A stretch of 63,123 bases of DNA, counting the filler, from Bipalium vagum (taxonomy: Eukaryota), in the NCBI GenBank assembly GCA_037834085.1. It is 3 parts of 3 records of this genome, joined end to end, with 100 filler letters (N's around TTAATTAATTAA, not from the genome) between each part and the next. Parts side by side here need not be neighbours in the genome. Positions count along the whole stretch, not along the records: positions 1 to 30,373 come from JBBMKC010271596.1; positions 30,474 to 46,957 come from JBBMKC010109287.1; 1 more part is not named here. One strand, written 5' to 3'. Positions 25,330 to 38,476 of the stretch are shown piece by piece. The number at the start of each line of letters is the position of its first letter. The first letter of the stretch is position 1. The position numbers and the translations under genes were made by a program. Under the pieces are notes generated by a model. That model made no database searches and had not been told where the DNA came from. It worked only from the letters and a program-made list of their open reading frames with translations.

Positions 25330-26030
25330 CAAATATTTACCCATAATGTCAATACACTTTTGCCATTTTAAGGGAAATTTATACCGCTACGATAGAAATC
25401 TTTAGATCTGCTCTAGATGAAGTTGCGCAATACCTGTTCAATATTCTCTTTTGTTCTCGATTGTTTTCCTCGAATAACATGATTCAAGTTTCAAAAGAAA
25501 TAAAAGTCTTGGAGCAAGATCAGGCGAATATGGTTTAAGATGGTTTCAATTTCATGTCTTCATTTTTCGTCACATAATAATCCGATCCAAAATTGGTTCA
25601 TTTTGATTTCCGAATTAAAATTGTATGGTAATGCTACAACACGAACTTATTTCTGTGAATCGTTTAAGGCATGAGGAAGCCATTTTTCGATTATTTTGAT
25701 TTTAACAAATTCAGATAAATGGTACAACATTATTTTTATGCTCATATCACATCTTGTTGCAAATTCTGAAGAAGATTTGAATGTATTAATTTCAAATACT
25801 GCCTTCAATAAATCATTATTGACCTTTGTTTGACTCAGGTCGCTCTGTGGATCATTACTAAGGTCAATTTTCTCTAAACGAAAACGACTAAGCCAATAAC
25901 AAAATGTACGTTCGTTGATAATTTTCCCACAAAACGCTTTGTTTATGCTTCTGCTGCTTGTGCAACATTTCTTCCAATCAAAAATGCACCTTAAGTAGTA
26001 GGTTTTATATTTCAGTTAAGAATGAGAATT
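25330..26030 (-). mobile_element. Internally deleted mariner remnant
   Basis: N-terminal INERTFCYWLSRFRLEK...PESNKGQ, PYSPDLAP and KWQKCIDIMGKY. Confidence 0.7.
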
Positions 26031-26512
26031 TCAAAATTAGGAAAGGGCTGTGATAAAATAGATAAACTGAAAGTTTTCAGCATTACAAAGCATAGGTCAT
26101 GATATTCAAAACAATGAAAATGGGCACAAACGTAAGTTCTTATTAAATTACTTTTTTGAACTACATTTAAGCACCATAATATAATTATTTAGGAAAGCAA
26201 ATAAAAAACTTCTTTTCTTTCATTTTATTTAAAACATTTGGAAATCGCAAAAAGATAATTTTTTGAGGCTTGGTACTTATAAGGTTGTATTAAAAGTTTT
26301 CAATAATTCAAAACTCAGACAAGCCTCTTTGCGATTATATGAAAAAATGACTAAACATATTTTTAAGAATAAAAACCGCTACTATGTACAATATTTTGTC
26401 ATATTTTGGCAAGTTTTTTATTTGTTCACTGTGCCATTCTTTAGACTTTGAAGCAAAGAACGTATTTAAAATTTCTCTACTTCTTCAAGATTAACACTCC
26501 ACTGTCCTCTAA

Positions 26513-26514
26513 AA

Positions 26515-26548
<34 letters not shown>
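26513..26548. repeat. (ATT)n microsatellite
   Basis: Perfect ATT run. Confidence 0.9.
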
Positions 26549-26549
<1 letters not shown>

Positions 26550-27237
26550 ACTGTAGAAAATTGTAAAAGACGTATAAAACGTGAGATTAGTGGCCAGAAT
26601 AAACGTTATTAAGAATTAAAATCTATTTAAAGTTATGTTATTAAGTTTTAAGTGTCTAAGTTTTACTGACCACTTTAATATTTATCAGCCCTATGAATAA
26701 ATCATTAATAAAAAATCATAAATCAATAAAGAAATCAACATAAAAAAATTTTAAAAAATAATAAATAAATTCATATGTAATCAATTAAAATTAAAAAATC
26801 ATTCTTTCAGTTCTGGCTTTCTCAATGAACTCCTCGCTGGTTGAAAGTCTTTAAGAGATGCATTTGAGTGTTAAATTTCTCTTGACAATTCACTGGAGCG
26901 TTCGGAAATACGTCCTCTCTTTGCCAAGTATCCTTTGCTGCGCGCTTTCAGATCATTTGGGTGAAATTCATCAATTTATTTTACAGTTTACAGCTGCTCT
27001 ACTTTTCAGGTATTTCTCCCTACCAGTTTCAATATTCCCGATCATTATATGTTTGTTTTATTATCTTAAGATTATTTAATGCAATTGATAAAGTTAGTCC
27101 TGTTATAACAATATTAAAGAAGATGAACATTAATTAGTAACATACACATCTATTTTTTTACTTGAAAAATTTAAAATTTAATATAAAAAAGATTTTCTTT
27201 TAAAAATTTAATCTGTACAATATTTTGAAAACTTTTT

Positions 27238-27725
27238 GTGACAAGCTTAAAAAAGAGTTTTTAAAAGATTATAATTTCATAACAATAAAACACCATGTAT
27301 AATTGCTTTTTTTTAATAATACATTTTTATATTTTTGAAATATTTTTAAAAAATATTGAAAAACAAAATAACACTGTTAAATTTCCAAAATTTTTAAAGA
27401 TATTTCCCTTATTTTTTTAATATTCTTTAAAATATTATTAATAATACTTTAAATTAAATTAAATTAATTTAAAAAACTTTTAAAAATATTTTTATTAGCG
27501 ACAAGCTTAAAATAAATTTATTATAAATTCATAACACTAAAATACCATTTATAATTGCGTTGTTTTAATAATATTAAATATTTCTAAAAAAATACTGAAA
27601 AACAAAAAAATAATATTTTTAAATTTCTGAAATTTTTAAAAAATATTTCTTTTATATTTTTTTTTAATAATTTTCTTTAAAAAATTATTAATAAAACTTT
27701 AATTTAATTTAATTTCAAAATTTTT
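27238..27725. repeat. Diverged tandem duplication of about 230-260 bp
   Basis: Both units begin G(T/C)GACAAGCTTAAAA (27238 and 27498) and share TTCATAACA...ACCAT(G/T)TATAATTGC...GAAAAACAAAA...TTATTAATAA in the same order. Confidence 0.8.
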
Positions 27726-28404
27726 TTGATTTTTATTTTCCTAACTTAAAATATTAATTATGATTACACCAATAAAAAAGAGATAAAATAATCATTTTAA
27801 AATCTATTTAATGAATAATTTAATTATATTTATAATATTTAACTAGACTACGGGTAAAGTAAATAAATAATAAAATAAAAATTACAAATATTTTATATTT
27901 AAAAATAAAATAATTATTTTAATTAAAATTGTTTAGACAGTTTTTTAATGTATCCATTTAAAATAAACATAAAAATCATTGAGAAAAAAATAAGTGAAAG
28001 GGTTATCCCTTTGTCCAGAAAAACCATTGTTCGGAGCCGAAGTGACCGTCCCATGGAGCCGGTAACGGAATTGTGTTAGATTCCTCAATATTGTCTTCGT
28101 GCATGAAAGAAGTCCCTGTCCAATGGAATTCAGTGATGATTCCCTAAGAAAATATTCTGCATAATCCCAACCGTGGAATACAAGCTGCAAATATTTTGAT
28201 ATGGAATTCAATTACAATATTTTGCCTTCAGTCTATTGCTGGTGTGTCCGAGAGAAATCTGGCAGCTCGTTGATAGGAATGGTCAGTCAAGTTTCCATTC
28301 CCAACTTAATAACAAGCCAAAAAGATGAGAAATCGCATTTGTTTTTGATTAATTATTAACTGGCTTCGATTTAGAGCTATAATTCCAAATATATCCCATT
28401 TCAA

Positions 28405-29506
28405 ATGAATGGATTATTTCTCATTTTATTTTTCACCATCAACACCAAATGCCATGGCCACCAGTGGCTTTATGGAGCATCGAATCACCTGTGTTACAGT
28501 GAAGGTAAGGCTGCGAGATGTGTACCGCCTTTCACAAATATTCTCGAGAATCTGGTCCCCGACGAAATAACCAGTACGTGTGGTCAAACGAAAAAACAGA
28601 GAATATGTACGGATCAAGTCAATTGTCACAGTTGTATGATCAATACACATTCGATGAACTTTCTCACAGATCAGCATCATATAAATAACAATGTCACATA
28701 CTGGGCGTCAGATTACGTTGAGCCGGGAGGTCATGTCAACATAACATTTTCCTTTGGAAAGCTGTTTGAGATCTATTACATTTCCCTGGTACTGATACCG
28801 TTGCTAGAGCCGGACTCCGTTACGATTTATAAAAGCATTGATTACGGCAAGGCCTGGACAGTGTGGCACTATTTTTCCAAAGATTGCCACCGTGCGTTCG
28901 GTTTACCGACGACGGATTTCATGAACCATTTTACTGAATTGAAATTCAATGAAAATAACGTCGATCAAACTGTCAAATGTGGCAACATCATTGAAGCAAA
29001 ACAGTCAAATATTGCCAATTCACCGATAGTTCTTGCATTTACCACGAACAACCCCAACGACTTCATCCATGCTACAGATCGTTACAATTCCTGGATGAGT
29101 GCTACCAACATTCGGATCAGTCTGTCCAAATTCGATAAAAACTATTTCAGCTCTCATTTCGATGGATTTACCTATCCCCCTCTGTTGAAACAGTACTTCA
29201 ACAGGCTGATGAAAAAGAACCACTCTTCGTCACCAGCCGCATCGAAACGGAAAACCAAACCAAAGAACAAATCCTCGCCCAGTATTTTGCGAGTCTCGGA
29301 ATTCTTTTCACTCGCTGACATCTCGGTTGGAGGACGCTGTCAATGTTACGGTCACGCTGGTCGGTGCTTGAAAAGCCCAACGGACAACATGTTTTATTGC
29401 GATTGTCAGCATAATACGGCCGGCAGGGACTGTGAAGTCTGTCGTGATGGATTTGTCGACAAGAATTGGTCAATCGCAACGATCAAATCAGCCGGAGAAT
29501 GCAAAC
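28405..29506 (+). CDS. Netrin family protein, first coding exon (signal peptide, laminin N-terminal domain VI, first LE/EGF repeat)
   Basis: Hydrophobic signal; RCVPPFTN, STCG, FLTD...NNVTYWAS, NITFSFGKLFEIYYISL, PDSVTIYKSIDYGKAWTVWHYFS, WMSATNIRI, ADISVGGRCQCYGHAGRC, CDCQHNTAGRDCEVC...W...GECK. Donor C|GTGAGT at 29506/29507 (phase 1, after LE1). The ORF tail 29507-29751 is intron read-through. Later exons were not found in the window. Confidence 0.93.
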
Positions 29507-30373
29507 GTGAGTTTTCCTTTGGATTTTCGGCACTGTTTGAGGGGTTCGGAACAGATAATTTTCCGCCACAATTACAGAGAGAAAAATCATTTTTTTTTGT
29601 TTCAAATTATCACGATTCCCCCAATACCTCAATGGCTCGGAATTTGATGGGCAAATATTTTGTTTTACTTTTCAGAAAATCTATTCAATTAATTAAAACA
29701 AAACATCGTTTCTTGAGAATTATTTATCGAACCGAAGACGGCGATAAATAAAACATTAATTTTTTCAATTAAATATAATGTTATTCGAATTAAAACAAAA
29801 TTTTCTTTGTGACAGTGATTTGTCAGAATTTTTAATAATATTATAAAAATCAAACAACTGTTGAGAGCATCACAGAAAAATTATGAAAATTAATTATATA
29901 ATTTTTATTTAATAATAAATTATTTAATGGATCTCCTTACGCCTCATTCGAGAAATATTATTCGGTAATTATTTCCAAATTGGCGCTTGCTGATGGTTCT
30001 GCTGCGGGCCACATTTCTAACAGCAGCACCGTCACCATCATTTGATACGTCCTCAATGGATCTTGATAATTCCTCATTAAAATATTTTTCAATTTTTCAA
30101 ATTTATTTTTAATATATATTATGAAATAATTATAAAATATTTCGAAAATGTGTGACAATTACGGATTCCTCACGATTTTATATGGAAAAGCAGTCAAAAT
30201 AGAGTTAAAATAATTTTTAAAAGTTTTAAAGCTGATTTTAGTGTTTCTCTGTCGACCAGGATGATTTTGTTTTAATAATCAATATTAAATCATTATATCA
30301 TTTATAAAGAAAGTGTTTAATGGTTTCAATTTTTGACAATTTAAACAAAAATATTTAATATATATAAAAAATA

Positions 30374-30473
30374 NNNNNNNNNNNNNNNNNNNNNNNNNNN
30401 NNNNNNNNNNNNNNNNNTTAATTAATTAANNNNNNNNNNNNNNNNNNNNNNNNNNNNNNNNNNNNNNNNNNNN
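30374..30473. other. Artificial assembly gap spacer
   Basis: N44-TTAATTAATTAA-N44, exactly 100 nt; the linker has stops in all six frames. Confidence 0.97.
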
Positions 30474-30885
30474 GGCTTGGAGTAAAACAACTAACGCTTG
30501 CCTTTTGTCGTTTATGTTCATCTAAAATATGAAATCTATAAAAAATTTTTAATCAATTATATATCAAATTCCAATCAACACAAAAATATCAACAAATAGG
30601 CAAAGCTGTTTTTCCATTTGACTAGGATGACCGATTCAAAATAGTCAACAATTATACGAGGCACCCGGTAGTTTTTATTATTATTATTATTAAATTATTT
30701 TTTACTATTACTATGGGGTACGAAACCCAACAAATGAAACAATTTTTAAAATAAATTATTATCTTTAATTGGATATCCTTTGCAATGCTTTCCACTGTTA
30801 TGTAATTATTGTCCAATGAATTTGATACGATTACCATGGCATATTTTCTCTGATAGAAATTTCTACCAGCCAATCATCGTCGAGG

Positions 30886-31313
30886 ATGCTTCCTCCACGA
30901 AAATTAATGCTTCCCCTGATAGTTATTATGACAGAAGAGAAAGTTTTGAACACATTTTTTTCTGTAATTGTAAATTATCTTCTCTATTTCGTCCCAAATT
31001 TTAAAAGTTTTTATTCTGTGTTCAATGTAGTCTGATTTCTGATCATACGATCGAGCTTGACTGTGACAAAAATTACAATAAAGAGAACCGAGGAAAGTTT
31101 TGGTCTGGAGTTGAGTATGTTGATTTACAGTATGTATATCATAGTTTATTGGATGTTTATTAATTATAAGGTTAATGGGAAAAATTTCAGAAAGATCTTT
31201 TGGTTGATGTTTGTCTTCAAAGCATCGTATGGCATAGCAACGGTGCCTGAATTAATAATTAAATGAACCTTTTCAACAATCGACTTCTCAAAAACCCAAC
31301 CTCTCCAAATTGA
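30886..31313 (+). pseudogene. Deleted pseudogene of the 7TM receptor family
   Basis: MLPPRKLMLPLIVIMTEEKV start, then a jump to TM5-TM7 (GLELSMLIYSMYIIVYW...RKIFWLMFVFKASYGIA). TM1-TM4 and the last intron acceptor are deleted. Most similar to the 44711-45728 copy, including its 3' flank. Confidence 0.85.
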
Positions 31314-32499
31314 GCATTGCAGCTTCGTTTACATTTTCGGTAAAATTTCATTTAATTCAACGTTTTTTCAATCAAAGAGATATTCAAATAGTTTTCAAAA
31401 ATCAACATGACCCAACGGGTGTTTGGAAACCATAGATGACCTTTCGGAAAAGACTTACTTAGAAATGTTTTTTGCTTTGAGTCCAGTCTGAAAAATGTAA
31501 TTTGATGTTGAAGGCATTCTTCAGTCGACACACCCTAATATGATGATAGCCATTTCACAGCCAAAGCGACGTTTAATTAATTAATCCTCTTTCTCTACAT
31601 CCATAATTGCCGTAACATTTCCCAAAAATTCCTCATTCCAACTCTTCTCCCATTTGACAATTGTAAGACTGGTACAGAATGGTCGTAATTGTGTTGGAAA
31701 AGATCCGGCGTCTTCAAAATTTTCTTCTTCTTTCTGAAAGGTCTTCTGGTAGAAGGGACTTCAAAAGTATAATCATCTTATAAAATATATTATTCCGTAG
31801 GTAATGAATATAATCAAATTTATTCATTCAATAAAATTTCGTGAAATATTTTTAATTATTTTATATTTTCAGAAACACGTTTCATTAGAATTGATAGATA
31901 TTTTCATTATGGATCCTGTTTTGTGTTGTCCAAGGAGATCTGTTAAAATCTCAGTGCAACAAATTCAAAATCATTCATGAGGAAAGTCCTGATATTCCTT
32001 CGGACATGATTTTCATCCAGTCAAGGTTATGATGCCCTCCAATGAATGTACATTTTAAAAGTTATGATAAAAACTGTCTCGTGTCGCTTTCAATGTTTCG
32101 GATGATGTAATTCTAATTTGCTTTGGAATTTAGGAGTTCCACGTTGAAATAGAATTATTCCTTTAGGGTTGACGATACAGTGAAATAAGGCGCTTTTCAA
32201 ACTTTATTGTCAACAAAGATTAAACGGACATTGGGCTGAGGTTTATGAATGAATCTCGTTAAACATAATGTCTTAAGAGTGACATACACAAAGAGATAAA
32301 TAAAACATGTACATATACATTACATCGGCCATGGTCAGAGTAATGGTTAGATGTGTATGAAAATCAGAAACATGTGTCTAACGAAAATTTTCGTCAAAAG
32401 AGGACACTATGATTTCTGTCTGGTGTTAAGTAGCTGGATTAATTTATCACATGTGTCGAAAATAATGGTAGAAAGTTATTATTTCAACTACGAAGTTTT

Positions 32500-33430
32500 A
32501 CCAAATCCAGTTTTCTCAATGAACGACTAAAATTTTCAACCAGACTATGTGACATATCATGTAAGTCGTAGTACCATATCTTTCCTGGAAACTAATAATA
32601 TTGTGGATGACTCCAACCAATATCTTTATCTTGGAGTGCCTCAAGGTCTGGGTAAAAGAATGTGAACAGACAAAATTCTTAACGAAATTTTGGATGATTT
32701 CCAGCGGTTGTTCAAATCCCACCTTCATCCCGCCTAGAAAATAGAATGTTTTAAAATATTCTTACATTCTAGGCTTCCTTTTCAATTTAGAAATAGAGTG
32801 GTGGATACCCTAACATTGTCATCGCGTTTGGCTAGACAAGGAGAGGGGAGGGAAAAAGGATTAGATTTGACGAGCTTGTCAGAAAAACATTGAGATCAAT
32901 GACCGACACCGCATTGATCCAAAGTACAAATATTTCATATATGTACACCCCTACGGCACTTGGGGGTTTCGGGATAGTCCCTGCATACGATGAATATAAC
33001 ATTTGCAGTGTGATGCAGGGATTACGATTTCTGACAAGCAATGACCAGCACTGTAGGTCACTCTTGACCCGATCCTTGCTACACAATGTAAGGAAAAAGG
33101 TTTCGTATAGAAACTTCAGTCGACCTAGATTTGGCATTGAAATGGCTAAGCGATAATATCGGAAGTGATCTCAATGCTCAAAGCACCAAGGTACGAGTTT
33201 CCTCTAATCCAGAAGTATGGAATATGAATTCCTTATTTTTGAGGAGAAATTCAAGCAAAAAATAACAATGAAGTTATTTTTTCGGAAACAAGAATATAGA
33301 TGAGACCACAATGACTCTTCACCAAGGGCTGGGTATCCATTACTTCAACAGGTGGATGAGTCACGTGTGCTAAGGTCGGGTTTTAGGTTGTTCCTCAAAG
33401 AGTGTTCGATCCAATAAAATCTTGATGAAC
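32500..33430 (+). mobile_element. Fragment of an RLE-type (R2/NeSL/Utopia-like) non-LTR retrotransposon
   Basis: QYLYLGVP (RT thumb), KIECFKIFLHSRL and YMYTPTALGGFGIVPAYDEYNICSVMQGLRFLTSND (cf. LYTPxxxGGLG...KxLTSxD). Confidence 0.7.
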
Positions 33431-34949
33431 AATACACTGCCTTCTTGATTAAATCCCAGAGTAATAATTTAATTACCAATTCAGATTTTTAAAAATGATT
33501 ACTCATAGGTGAGGCTATATTAATTACTGGTTAGCCATTTTGAATATATTTGAGTATATTCATCAAATTTTATCGAAATTAATAAATTCTTGAAAATTTC
33601 TTGGGATTAATGAACGCTTTTCATCAATATTTTACAATTTTTATCCAACATTTTTAAGACCGGTATCATAATAATAATCGTTAACGAAGTGTTTTCATTT
33701 AATGATAATATCTGTAAAATTTAAGTTTAGCAGTTAAAGTAAAAAATTTATTACATTTTTAGTGAAATTTCCTATAATTAATGAACGCATTGTATATATT
33801 CATCACAAATGCTCACTTAATTTTCGAGAAGAAAATAAAAATTCTCAATCATTAGAGAATTCACAACTCCCTTAACACATCATGACTCATTTACGTTCTG
33901 GGTCATAGCTGTGAAGCTGGAAGCGAGGGGCTCTGTGCAGATCATAAAAGTCAATTCCTGAAGACACGGGCGTTTCAAAATCTGTCGTTATTAATATTTC
34001 TGCAGAAATGAGAGATTTTTTTTCTTAAAAATCTAATAAAAATTTAAGAACTAATGTTCTCAATTGTCTAAAGATGAAATTTATGCTCATCGAGCTGACA
34101 ACCACAAGGTAAATTTTGTTGGCAGATAGACTGGTGCTCACAGCCAAAACGAAGCGAATTGGAGGAAAACTATGGTGATCTCTTAAAATTATATCTAAAT
34201 GAATGAAAGTCGCTCTAAAATATTCAATCGGGAAACTGCGAATCAATTTTTTATTTAATAAATTTGTAAAAAGAAAATTATTTACTTTTGTTAATTTTTG
34301 TGATTCGCTGCAAGTCTCTTTTTTGACCGATCAATCGTTTCAAGTATGTTTATTGACAGAGTCGGTCAAAAAAAAGATCCATTCTATTTTATCTATATAT
34401 TTTTTTAATATTGATTTTTTGGTACTTTTATGAATATTTTACACTATATCTATCCCCCAGTTATAAAAATATTCAAATGAAAAATTTACTAAAGTGTTAC
34501 CGAGTTTTTCACAATTACAATTTGTTTTGAAAATTTATGCATCGTTTGTTACCGAAAAGTAAAAAAATAATAAATAATTATTATTGCAAATAAGTTATAA
34601 TGATTCTGGGCATTCAAGTACGGTGAAAATATGTTCTTTTCTTGTAATCATTGTCTTTCCGGTAAAACAATCTAAAAATCCAAATACTATCAAAACGGTA
34701 TGATACATGATTTTGGACTTTAAATATGAACATTTTACAAAACAGGAATCGAAACTTCGATGATTACATAACAGAAAGTTTTCAAAAAATATTACCATGA
34801 CTTTTGATTGAATAAAATGCACAAAACTTATTATTTTGTACTCTATTAATATAGATTATAAACAAAAATAATTTAAACTGCATTTTATGAAAAATAAATC
34901 TGCTTTTAATATAATTAATTTTAATAAAAAAAATTCTCGTTACATAAAT

Positions 34950-35125
34950 GATGCATGTCGCATGAAAAAAGCCAATATTAGGGTTGATAAAGATAATTAT
35001 GTGGGACTCTTTGTTCTAGAATATTCTAAATTAATAATTTACACTTTTGTTTATAATTGCTTACAGAAAGCATTATCTGGAAGATTTAAAATTTGGTAAT
35101 ACTGAATGATTGTTTGCTGAATTTA
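34950..35125 (+). mobile_element. Polinton/Maverick DNA polymerase B fragment (approaching the YTDTD motif)
   Basis: IRVDKDNYVGLFVLEYSKLIIYTFVYN...FKIW followed by a degenerate YTDTDSL (cf. [26 protein letters not shown]). Confidence 0.72.
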
Positions 35126-36149
35126 TTTTAGACGAGAATACAATTTTTAAATTTTTTAAAACTTTTTAACTCAAATGCACACTAAAAATACACTTTAAAT
35201 ATGACTTTGCCTTACCTCTTATACTCAAGTCTTCTTCGGACCGAGGTTTTTAATCTTTTTAAAGGTGAATAATTAAACTGATTTCTTCTCCATTAAAATT
35301 TTCTTATTTTTTTCTTAAATTTTTATTATCAAATATCTTAAATTTTATTTCATTACCTTTTTTGTAATTAAATGATAATAAATTGAAATTTTTGATTTTT
35401 TAATAATTTCTGTGAGAATCTAAAAATATCTGAGTAACATATTTAATTATTTTTAAAATTTAATTTGCTATAAGATTTTAATAATTAAATAAAAGTATAA
35501 ATTAAATTTTGAATAAAAACAAGTATAAATTTTAAAGCTCAATATATTTGAATTAAATGCGAAAATTTTATATGTGAAAAGTATTAAAATTTTATTTGTT
35601 TTAATAAAAAATTAAACAAATTAGTAAACGGTTTGAATAAAATAATTTTTATGGAGACTGATGATTTTTTAGCATCACTAACAATTTCAAATTCTTTTTT
35701 TAATAAAATAATATTTTTTTTAAATAATAAACTTCTGTATAATATATTTTTTCAAAACCTACCATTTACCTAATCAGATTTTCTGGAAAAGAAACAATGC
35801 CACCTTTAAATATTTTCATTACACAGTTTGTAGAAATTGGATTATCATTTATTTATTTTCAGAAATTTTATAATTATATATATATGTAATAATATATATA
35901 ATTATAATTTTATATTCAGAGTTATATCCAAAAACAAAATGTTGTAAAATTTGGTAAATGGATCAAAATTTATTAACGTTATTAAAATATATAATATACA
36001 ATTTGAAAAAAAATGTTGATTGTCAATAACAAGAATATGATCCACGACACTGTATGACACTTTCAACTATTTGTGGTATGGAAGAAAATATTGAATCACA
36101 AATTGAATTTTTACCGATGAAATAACTTAAAATTTGTTTCAGTCGAAGC

Positions 36150-36920
36150 AACATGACATCAGCACTTTCAGGTGTTTTAGTTTTCATTATGCCTTAACAA
36201 TTTGTACTGTGTGGTGGTACATTAAAAACATGGCTTCTATTGGCTTATAACCAATAATCTGTATGTCGAGTGTTATAAACAGGAATAATATCTTGCCATA
36301 ATGTCATCTTGGCATTTGGGAGAATTAAATTGGACGTCAGCAAAAGATTATCTTGCAATAATTTAGTGTGTAGTTTGGCATTGAGTGGTTTTTTTATTCG
36401 CCACAACTCGGTAAACCCATACAAGTTAAATGCTGCCTACACATTGACACTTCTAGCTGATCTTTTTCTTTGTGTTTTAAAACATTATTCTTGATACCTT
36501 TCTCCAGCAAACCTTCTTACATACTTTCTGTCAACATGTCGATTTATTTCATTCGTTATATTTCATAACGTATTGCAGTAGAACAGCTTTATTTCGATCC
36601 TTCAAAAATATTTTATTTCATGGTGACTAGACAATTAAACATTATTAAAAATCGACGTAAACTGTTCTAATAGATATATTTGGATTGAATTGTTCTTATG
36701 TCCACAGCAGGTGAAAAGCGGTTATTCATACTTAATACTAAACCTTTTGCATTTTTCTCTTCAGTACTTTTTCTATGTTGCTTTAATTTCATTCGTTCCT
36801 TAGACAGTGGATATTCAGGCAGTCGTGATTTTTTCAGGAACTTTTTATTGTATCTATTGAAATGTCAAGAACCTCTGATATTTTGATATTTAAAAAGTTG
36901 GCATAGATATTTAAAGCATA
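36150..36920 (-). mobile_element. Degenerate Tc1-like (DD34E) transposase
   Basis: HTH-like ISEVLDISIDTIK; SM*AAFNLYGFTEL, LNAKLHTKLLQDNL, LWQDIIPVY and VPPHS. Confidence 0.65.
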
Positions 36921-38476
36921 AACTTAACCTGTTAAAAATCATTTAAGTCATTGACACATGTCATAAAACTAAATATATCTTACTTTTTGTACTTTTTTTA
37001 ATCTCCACCATTGAATATCTCGAATTTCATGTGCTCCTAAAGTTATCTTTATTTTACTAGATTTTTTTCCTTTTGAATCTGTAACAGTTATATCTATTTT
37101 ATTGTTTTTTCAGTAATATTAAAAATGAAATTTAAAGTTGTAAAATAAATTAAAAATAATTCATAGCCAAAATTTGGATCAATATTTTGAGATTTATCTA
37201 AATTAAATGTTAAAATCTAACTCTTTACTTTTCTCAATAAATGTTGAATATTTTTAAGAGAAGAGATTTGATATTATTTGTAAAGATACTTCCGTAGTAA
37301 AAAATAAAATATTTTAATCAGAATGTAGATCAAATTAAACTTTAATATTTTCACAATAATCTTTGGTGATATTTTTTGCTTTTTTAACTTTTAAAATTAA
37401 ATAATCAAGATTTTCATGACTAGCTTTTTAGCAGACAAATATTTTTCTAGTTTATAAATTTGTCAACTAAGTATTTTGACAATATATAGCCATTCCTATA
37501 GTTTACTAACCTATCACATTGGTTTTTAATATTTTTAGTTTGCTCAGCTCTAAAATTACTATTTATATATTTTATTAAATCTAATTAATTCCTCACATCA
37601 TTCAAGATATAGGTTACGCCATTATCATTTATCATAGCTATTAAATCTTTATGTTATTTTTAATTTTTACGGGGGATCAAATATTTATTTTTCTATACTG
37701 CTGAGGAAATTTTTTCGAACAGTTACTATTGTTTGTAAAATTGGTAACTGTGTATGGAATGAAATCTATCCATAATATATATACAGTATCTAATCATTAA
37801 ATAATGTTTCTAAGATAAAGCCGAATCGGTATAAATTTTTTGTCACAAGTTAATCGCATAGTTATAATTATCAGAAACTATAATAAAATCAATATTAGGT
37901 GTTTACAAAAATATATCACACAAAATCAATAATTAGAAATATTTACTATAATGAAATTATATAAAGGAAACACGGTGTTACTTTTGACGCTCTTTGTATC
38001 ATGTAAGAATTTTTGGAGTGTTCTAAGCACTTAAGAAATACAGGTTAAATTTATTTATTAAAAATATTAATTTACTTTAATGATTTATGCCAATATGGAA
38101 ACCATGGCATAAAATTGTCTTAAACCAATTTCAAAATTATGTCTGTCACTGTTTATCAAGTTCGATATTCATTACCAAAACCAATTTGAGATACTCTAAT
38201 AAAGGAGCTATTGAAAGCGTCTATCATTTTACTCTCAAAAGTAATTATTTTCTCAGCTTCCTTTGTGAATTAAATATTTATAACATTTTTGTAACATGGT
38301 TCTCGGAATGAAATTGAAAATTTAAAAAATTAATTACATTCTCAAAATTGGGTAACCCTTGAAAATATTTGACTGTCTCGAAATAATTGCCAAATGAAAT
38401 TAATACAAATTCTCTTTGACATCTTTTATCCGTCTAAGAGTTAGAATGATTTTCTACAAACCAATCAAAATCGAGA

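Noticed and set aside
28426-29647. Small ORFs overlapping the netrin exon
   Set aside because: Shadow ORFs of a GC-richer coding exon.
29507-29751. Novel C-terminal tail of the 448-aa netrin ORF (truncated netrin)
   Set aside because: A consensus GTGAGT donor lies right after LE1 and similarity ends there; the tail is intron read-through.
30418-30429. TTAATTAATTAA palindrome inside N runs (also 47002-47013)
   Set aside because: Identical 100-nt layout at both gaps; an artificial six-frame-stop linker, not biology.
34595-34822. Possible Merlin-like VFGFLDCFTGK segment
   Set aside because: Single short motif with no supporting DDE residues.
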